Below the pieces are notes generated by a model that was not told the DNA's origin, did not search any database, and saw only the letters and a list, made by a program, of their open reading frames with translations. Of a stretch of 64,000 nucleotides of DNA, positions 55,847 through 64,000 are shown piece after piece. Made by a program: the position numbers and the translations under genes. How positions within the stretch are numbered: the first letter of the stretch is position 1; each line of letters begins with the position of its first letter. The stretch is from Octopus vulgaris. Lineage: Eukaryota. The stretch lies in contig OX597815.1 of NCBI GenBank assembly GCA_951406725.2, forward strand, positions 105,462,001-105,526,000. The letters are read 5' to 3'.

Positions 55847-56263
55847 TTGGCGGCGAGCTGGCAGCATCGTTAGCACGCCGGGCGAAATGCTTAGCGGTAC
55901 TTTGTCTGCCGCTACGTTCTGAGTTCAAATTCCGCCGAGGTCGACTTTGCCTTTCATCCTTTCGGGGTCGATTAAATAAGTACCAGTTACGCACTGGGGT
56001 TGATATAATCAACTTAATCTGTTTGTCTGTCCTTGTTTGCTCCCTCTGTGTTTAGCCCCTTGTGGGTAGTAAAGAAATAGGTATTTCGTCTGCCGCTACG
56101 TTCTGAGTTCAAATTCCACCGAGGTCGACTTTGCCTTTCATCCTTTTGGGGTCGATTAAATAAGTACCAGTTACGCACTGGTGTCGATGTAATCGACTTA
56201 ATCCGTTTGTCTGTCCTTGTTTGTCCTCTCTATGTTTAGCCCCTTGTGGGGAGTAAAGAAATA
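55847..56263 (+). mobile_element. Young dimeric tRNA-derived SINE with perfect 18 bp TSD
   Basis: GATATGATGTAGCATTAT at 55829-55846 and 56264-56281; second body unit starts at 56081. Confidence 0.95.
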
Positions 56264-58683
56264 GATATGATGTAGCATTATATCACCTCAGATTGTACAC
56301 TATATATAGAATCGGTTTATATAAGAAATATAAGTTCGTATTCCGTTCGGGAATTTCTGAGGACTTTTTTTCTTTTGATATGAGCCCTTCTAATACTTAA
56401 ATCGTCAAAGAAGGAACTCTCTTTGAAACGTAGGAACCACTTCTCACAACACAAGGAATTTATTTTATGTTACAAAACTAAACTGATCTCTGCTGACGTA
56501 AATCAAACTGGTTCCAATACATTTTGTAATGTGAATCCTGTTTAGAATTTGTACAGAATCATGTTTGCTGTTGTGCAGCCCCAGGTCCACCGTGTTCAGT
56601 AGAACTGTAACAAAAAGAGTTCAATTCGTAATTATCTCGTCTTGTTTGGGGGTATAAGATAGCAAGGACTACATACATTATCCAATGTCATCCACTTTTA
56701 AGATACTAAGACGTGCTTTGAGATGCATTTGCTGTTATTTCTGTAGGTTGAGCGACCCAGCAGAGGCATCTCTGTTTGGCTCACCTTTCTTGCTATTAAA
56801 ACCGAATAACTAGAAAATAGAAATAATCAAATAAATAACTTATTTCTAAGAGATTTTTTTTTTTCATTTTTCTAAAATAGTATAATCATTGATCAGAATA
56901 TTAACACCATATTTTATGTTTCTAACTATATCATGTTTTAAATTGGTATATTTCGTCTGTCATATTTATACATCTATGACAGTTAATATTGACCGAGATG
57001 AAAGAGAATCTGATTTGTTATTTTATAGAATCTAAATCAGTACCTTATGTTTCTAAATTCAGATTTACAATATAACTTCCAGTAATATTCTTCCGACGGG
57101 GATTTTTTTCTATTTTTCTTGGTTTTAGCTTCCACAACTAAGGCCATACTGGAGCACTCTCTTCAATATGAGCTTAGTCAAACAAAATTATCTTTTGTTT
57201 CTAGTAAGTGTTAAGTTATCGGACAGAGAATATAAATCCAGATTAACAGCTTTTCAGAACATTAGGCACTATACCTTGCGATGTTAATCCACCAGTTTCG
57301 TATCATTCCTTTCCAAATCTGCAGTCCTAATTCAGACTATCAAAAGTATTGATTTCCTACGATTAGCATCAGCTAGGCTATTGTGACTGAAACGGATTAT
57401 AGAATGAATTGACAATTAATTATCTTTCTAGTACGGCTCTGGTAAGTAACTAAACACTGCAGAGGCTTAATTCAACGGCGTGCCGTTTCTACCAACTCAC
57501 TTCTTTCCTCATTAATCTCCTAAGAATGTGTTTCGGTTGGAGTCAAAGAATTGTATAAGGTATTTATGGCATCTATATCTTGTTCCGAACCTCTGAGTAC
57601 ATACCTATGTTATCGGCTAGCACCAACCACTAGCCCATGGATAGCTGTTTGTTCATTTCTACTCATCTGCTACTACTAAAATGATCTCTCCTTTTCTGAT
57701 CCCCTTATCTATATACCCCTTCTCCACATAACGCCTGAACAACTATCTTCTACCACGTTATTCATGTGGCGTCTTACTTATAGCAAACCCACCTAATTCT
57801 CCTCCCTACAAACTGCAACGCAATGTAATTCCTCTCTCTGCCCATGTCTTTCTTACAAACTTCGGACTATAGTCGTTCAAACAGAATGTCACCAACTCAT
57901 CCCCGTGCGAGAGTCATTTGTCACGCACTGAGCACTTCCTCCAGTTCATATCTAGCAATATACTGATGTTGTATCACTCTTGTGTATCAACACCTCCTGC
58001 TAAAGCAAAATAAATATTGATTCTGTTAAGACAATGATGTTAGTGTAGAGGTGGTTTCGTTAATTCGTGAATCGAAAGCAATAACGCTTTCTTTCTAAGC
58101 CATTTCCTAGAATAACTTCCTGAACTGAGAATCAATAATTGGATGTTAAATATAATCAATATCAAGTAAAGGATGTTAATCCATGAATCGGGATTTCACA
58201 TCTCGTTATAAACCAAGTTTTGTCTTCTTGAACAAAATCGAACTTTAATTGGGTTCATGCCTAATCAACGATGTTATAAGAAAGCAAAAGTCAAACAATG
58301 TTAAATCTTGATTGCTTGTGATTTTGTGTCTTATTCGTTATACTTCGTTTCGAGACAATTTCACTCTGTTTACCATTCAGAATAATTTAAACCAATTGGC
58401 TGCTATTTGTAGCAGGTCAGGCAACCACATACTATAGGCAACCACGTGCTAGGAATAACGGCCAAGTCTCCCCACCAATTGGACTCTACAGTCTTTAATA
58501 AAGATAGACATGATATAGCCTTAGACAGGCACTTAAAAAAACGTGGGTGTCTGTCGAAGACTAAAATGTGTTTTGCTATGTGTCTGCTTGATCCGAGATG
58601 ATTTGAAGCTAAAGAACAGCGTTGGTAATTATCAAAATTCTATTTATATGGTATAATCTATGTTTGTTGCCTATGTACATTTG

Positions 58684-58902
58684 GGATCTTTACCTTTTGA
58701 CCGGCATATTTAAAAATAATTTATTGTAACTAACCACTTTCAAACTTCGGACACTGGTAGAATGTGTCATATAAAACATCTTTTACTCTTAGCGTTTTTG
58801 AGAAAAGCTTATATTTAGGAAGTTATTTACGTTAAAATAGTCGTATTTCGGTATTTAAAAAAGTCGTATTTTAAAAATCTGTCGGTCAAAAGGTAAAGAT
58901 CC
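58684..58902. mobile_element. 219 bp MITE with TIRs and 8 bp TSD (Merlin-like)
   Basis: TIR GGATCTTTACCTTTTGACCG(G/A)CA at both ends; TSD TACATTTG at 58676-58683 and 58903-58910. Confidence 0.9.
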
Positions 58903-61209
58903 TACATTTGCATTGTATAAATCAGCGCTTGTTGTCTATATAATACTTCCGGTACATTTCTAAAACCACCTCTGTGTAAGCAAGCTTAATAAATTATTTA
59001 ACTGAGCATAAATTACGGTAAATAAAAAAAAAAATCGTGACGTTTATGTATTTGATAACGGCTCTACCAAGTTGAAATTCGAAAGCGTGATATCACGGAG
59101 GTAATTCAAATGCAGAAATTATGAGATGTGAAAAGGATATCCTCGTTAATTTCTGTATAATTCACTATTTCTAACCTTTACATCTCACGTTCTCCGTATA
59201 TTTCTTACAGGCAAATGTGATCAGCTTAATTTTTTAAACGTTAATTTGAGTATGGTTCTATTAATTAATTTTTCTATATGATTCATGTAATGTCATTTCA
59301 GTAATCATTTCAATAAAAAAGTTTCTATTCTCAGAGTTCGATCCCTGAAGCTGTATCTTGTAACGGTTTTATATATAATTGTTTTGCTCTTCGAATAAGC
59401 TAGTTATGTTGGTGCACAGAACAGAAATAAAAATTTAAAAAATAGAAAGCATTCTTTTTTCTTTTTCATTATTATTTCCGTATGACAAGATTGATTCTCA
59501 ACACTGTCAAGAAATTTACTAGAATTTTTTTCTCTTGTTGCTCAAGTTTTCTTTATTTTCTTATCAAAAGCTTGTAGATGGTTGGAGGCAGAAGGTATTA
59601 TCTAAGTGGATATCAACTCACAACTCTTAAGTCGAGAACTGTTATTAATACATCGTTTGTGTCTTCCTTCATACTTACATTAAGTATGTAACTATTGATA
59701 TCTTCAAATGTTTAAGAATAAAAACTTTTTGTAATAAATAGTTAAGTAAAAACAAAACAGACAAATTTAGTTTTTTTTACTTAATATCAACACTGACATC
59801 TGTGATTGACGTCATCTAACTTCTGTCAGTTAAAGTATACATTTTAGATCAGTGAATTCCCCATTTCTATCAAACACTTCTGAATATTTTGACACCATTT
59901 GCCAGCTTGCTACTTCAAATGCTTAATTACCTCGTTTCGTAGCGATAAAATCGCCTGTTCCGGCATTTTGAGGTTTAGCTACTGTGACGAAATAGGGAGA
60001 TATAATGATCCGTATCGATATTTTTTCTTTAAAACAAAAACTCAAATATTCGATCTGTATAAGGCAAGTAATGCCTTGTAATGCATACTTTCCATAAAAA
60101 CGAAAACAAAAGCATTGCATCTGGCAGTTTCTATTTGAGAAAGCAAAGGTAAAATACCTTCCAAGGCTTACATAGGACTGTGTAAAGGTTTAGTACTTCA
60201 TATCAATTCAGTCATAGACTCTCACATTGCAACTAACAATAATCTTATGAATCATTGTTATTTTTAAGACTCGTTTTGTTCTTACTTAGGTTTTACTTTT
60301 ATGACTTCCTTCATTTGCTCAAAGATCCAGATGTGTAAGGAGTTTAATTCACAGAATCAATGCCCAAAGAGATAACTTCAATGGAGTCCATCAAAATTTG
60401 GACAGAAAAGCAACCAAATTAAATTATGCAAGAAAAATCCATGTGATAATCTGATATTCCGTCAATTTTGCCATTCAATAACACTTAATAATAAAGGAGT
60501 TCTAGAAATAAAGATTTCTCATTGCAGTCCAAACGTATAGACGTTATAGCCTAAACGTGTGGATGTTATACGTACACTATATACATAAATGTTATAGTTC
60601 TAACATATCGATATAATCTAAGCATCTAAACGAATCTTTAAACTTATCTAAGAAAACATGAATAATGTAGTATTTATTGTAAGAAAACAGAATTTTTCAG
60701 TAAAAATATTTTTTGTGAAAGAAATCGCTGTAAATGCCTCAAATCAATCTCAAAATCTTATAGATATTTATTCTATCGATTTGATAATTTTAACTCGGAT
60801 GAAAGACATTAGGAACAAAATAGTAATGCAACTATTTCCTTGTAGCTACACCGTCTATAGTAATCGTACATTGGCAGGGCTGTGAAGATTAGACCTGGAT
60901 AGAAATGTAAAATTACTTCTATTTTAGAAGACTGATAGAGTTGTACGATAAGTGATTATAAATCGAGCTTTAGTAAATAACCTTTAAAGACAAAATTCAG
61001 AATGATACTGCCAAGAAACAACGACTGCAAAAGTTAAAAACAGAATGTGCATAAGGAGGTTTAGAAGAATGGTAAATGAAACAGTTGGCTATTGAAACAT
61101 TTTAGTGAATAATCAAAGTAAGTATACCAATGAAAACGATAATTACCAAAACTTTAATCAATTTATCAAGTTAATGATTGACATTTTTTAGATTGGGTAT
61201 AAGTATATG

Positions 61210-62000
61210 CGACGTTGCAGTGCATTGCAACATACATCATTTGTCGGTATTTGCTCGGATCGTCCCGTGCAACCTCTGAACAATGTCTCAGTCAGTCCTC
61301 ATTTCTGCGAGATACATACTCATCCGAGGTGACCATGTGCTGCGTAGCCGACCAACGCGAGCTGCCACCACAGCCGGATCCAACATAACCAAACAGTCTG
61401 ATCTGACGCTCCCGAATTATAGAGGCAGCAGGACGCATACATATTTCTGAGTATAATCGTTAGTTGAATACGAAATCCGACCAATGGCAACTTATAATCT
61501 TGTGAAACGTCCTAGTACAAAAGGATTTCAGGTGGTTCCTAAGAGCCTCGGACAGTGTCCAAGTTTCGCAACAATAGAGAAAGGTAGAGAGGATCAAAGA
61601 CCTGAAAAACTTAACCGTTGTCCCTCTACTTAGACATCGGCAGCGCCAAACTTAATTGACCAGAGAATTCACAACTACATCAACGCATCTAAGTCTTCGG
61701 ACTAGCGGCTGATGCTGCTATTAATCACACTACCGAGACAATAAACATAAACAGACGAGATGGAGTCCCCCAGACAGCCAACGAAAAATTTAATCTTTGT
61801 CTTACAGCAAGAAACCCTTTGGCCAAGTGGTTCCACTTCCACATTTAGTGACAGGAGAGCATTCCTTAAAACATTCACTGACTCAACCAGAATGACTGCA
61901 TCATCAGCAAAATCCATGCCAATAATCCCAGTTTAACTAGTGAGTGCTCCACAACTAGATTGAGCCACCATCAGCCAAGTACCCAGTCCATTTATAAGTC
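61210..62000 (-). mobile_element. Degenerate RTE-type LINE RT fragment
   Basis: DFADDAVIL...GQRVSCCKTKI...LGSVI. Confidence 0.75.
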
Positions 62001-62243
62001 ACCACATTATGTTAGTGTGCAATTAACAAAATGTTCTTCAATCAGATGGAACCCTTGCAAAAATTTCGAATGTTATTAAGTTACAACCAATGAACTATAT
62101 TTACTCGAAACCGTACTCTTAAAGTTTGTCTATAATCTGGTAACAGTCTTTAAGACAAAGTCAAATTCGAGTTTGTCTCCATAACTACCAAGAAGTAGAT
62201 TCGTTTTTTGTCGCATATCTCCATTCCAATTTTAGTCAGTTTA

Positions 62244-62246
<3 letters not shown>

Positions 62247-62319
<73 letters not shown>

Positions 62320-62411
62320 TCTCACTCTCAATCCCCCTCTCTCTCTCCCTCTCACTCTCAATCCCTCTTTTTCTCACTCACTCACTCACTCACTCTCTCT
62401 CTTGCTCTAAT

Positions 62412-62462
<51 letters not shown>
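62247..62462. repeat. (CT)n and (TA)n microsatellites
   Basis: Directly visible. Confidence 0.95.
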
Positions 62463-62464
<2 letters not shown>

Positions 62465-63224
62465 CGTACTCTCTCGCTCAAAAAGAATTATCATTAACGC
62501 CAAAGACATTCAATCACAAAGTCCCACACACATTTATTGACTAGCATCAACCTATCCCACAGAAATTCATTTTCTTACATTGGTAACAATGATGCTAATT
62601 ATTTCGAGTGAAATGCTGTTTGGGGAGCGGGGGAAACTATTATTCAAATTTACTTTTTAGAATACAAAGATGAATTTCACAGCAACACCACGAAATGCTA
62701 AATAAGTTTAAATAAGAATAACACAGTTTGAGGTACGTGTCGGAAAGACTCCAAGATTTATCAAAATATAGAATAAAAGAATGGTAGATTCGGATAACAA
62801 CAGAATTATTTTTGATGTCGATAAAGTAAAGTACCATTCAAGTACTGATATAAATTTTCTACACCCTTCTCTCGACCTTTACAGTCTTGTATATATATTA
62901 CAAATTATTATTAGAGCTGGGATCGATCGAGATGGAGAATTGTTGGAAGGTTAGTTTACTTGCTTAGATCGGTTTGTCTGAATTTTATTCTTGGTGAGTC
63001 GATAAAATAGATACGAGACATATATTGATGTCGAGGACTGAGTCTTTCTGCGGCCAAATGTAAAGATAAAGACTCGTTATTAGCTTTTTCGCACTGGATT
63101 AGTCCTTGGAATTAAATGAAGCTATTTCTGAATCATCACATGAGCTAAAAATTAATTTGTAAAATATTGTACGCAGTTAATTTCAGTTGCGATTTGTAAT
63201 TTTAATTATTGCAAAATCGATTAA

Positions 63225-63245
63225 CAAAATGGCGGCCATGAGTCA
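63225..63245 (+). promoter_or_regulatory. Adjacent YY1-type (CAAAATGGCGGC) and AP-1-type (TGAGTCA) motifs
   Basis: Motif match only, in non-repetitive-looking AT-rich DNA. Confidence 0.25.
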
Positions 63246-64000
63246 ACAATTGTTAGCAGATTAAGGAATATGAATAACTGGCTGTTATTTGGTAATGACA
63301 TTGGTCGTTGTACATATGGCATGAGCTGCCATACCTGGGAACAAATTCACTAATCATGGTGAGTGATGAATATCAATGAATAAAATATTGCGTTGAAATG
63401 TCAAATGGAGGAAAATCATTTAAATCATTATATTTTCATTTCAGGCCATTTTAAAATGAATTCATTAATATGTTTAGGAATTGAATTTAAGAGTCAGAAA
63501 TTATACAATCATACGTTGGTAAGACGAAATTAATAGAAAGTAAATTTAAAACTATAACTTTCAAACTTTTCTCGAAAGCATTTGTAAAATATATGAAGTA
63601 AAACGCATTCACTATAATGTTATACAACTGTACTGTATGCACTGTATATTCTCCAAAAGAAAAGCTTTACGATTCTTGCCAAACTTAGAGAAAGCGCACG
63701 AGAAAATAGCATAAAAATAATATATCAAAACTGTCCTTTTACAGAGATGGCTATTTTTCTTCGTGTATATATAGATTTTCAACCCTGGAAACTATGGATG
63801 AAATCTTCATCTATATCTAGGTGTATGTGAATGTATATAACCCGACAGATGGCGACACTAAACGAACTGAGTATTTTTACACATTTTTACCACAAGAGAG
63901 ATTTTTTCTCCACGCTAACTGCAGAAGATTTGCCTTTAGCAGTTGAAATAAACCCGATTCTTTCAAATCCTGAAAATGTATATAGTATTAAATGCACAGT

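Noticed and set aside
55849-55937. tRNA gene
   Set aside because: It has a tRNA-like A/B-box head but a non-canonical cloverleaf, and it is part of a multi-copy SINE with a TSD.

Overview
AT-rich, microsatellite-dense eukaryotic non-coding DNA. The tRNA-derived SINE families resemble those I recall from coleoid cephalopods (Octopus); this is recollection, not a search. No host protein-coding exon can be supported, and almost all short ORFs in the track are microsatellite read-throughs. The window is a transposon graveyard containing R4/Dong-like RLE LINE pieces, Penelope-like elements, two Helitron helicase fragments, Tc1/mariner relics, RTE and CR1 fragments, SINEs and a MITE. One element stands out: an apparently complete, intact ~4.6 kb CR1-group LINE (45369-49950, minus strand) in (TA)n, whose ORF1 combines a Myb/SANT-like N-terminus, polyQ and two CCCH zinc fingers. 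Other notable structure: a near-complete type I hammerhead ribozyme motif (43869-43955) plus degenerate ones, four foldback inverted repeats (one perfect over 196 bp), SINE dimers sharing a fixed junction, and apparent partitioning of microsatellite targets ((ATAC)n, (TTA)n, (TA)n) among retroelement families.
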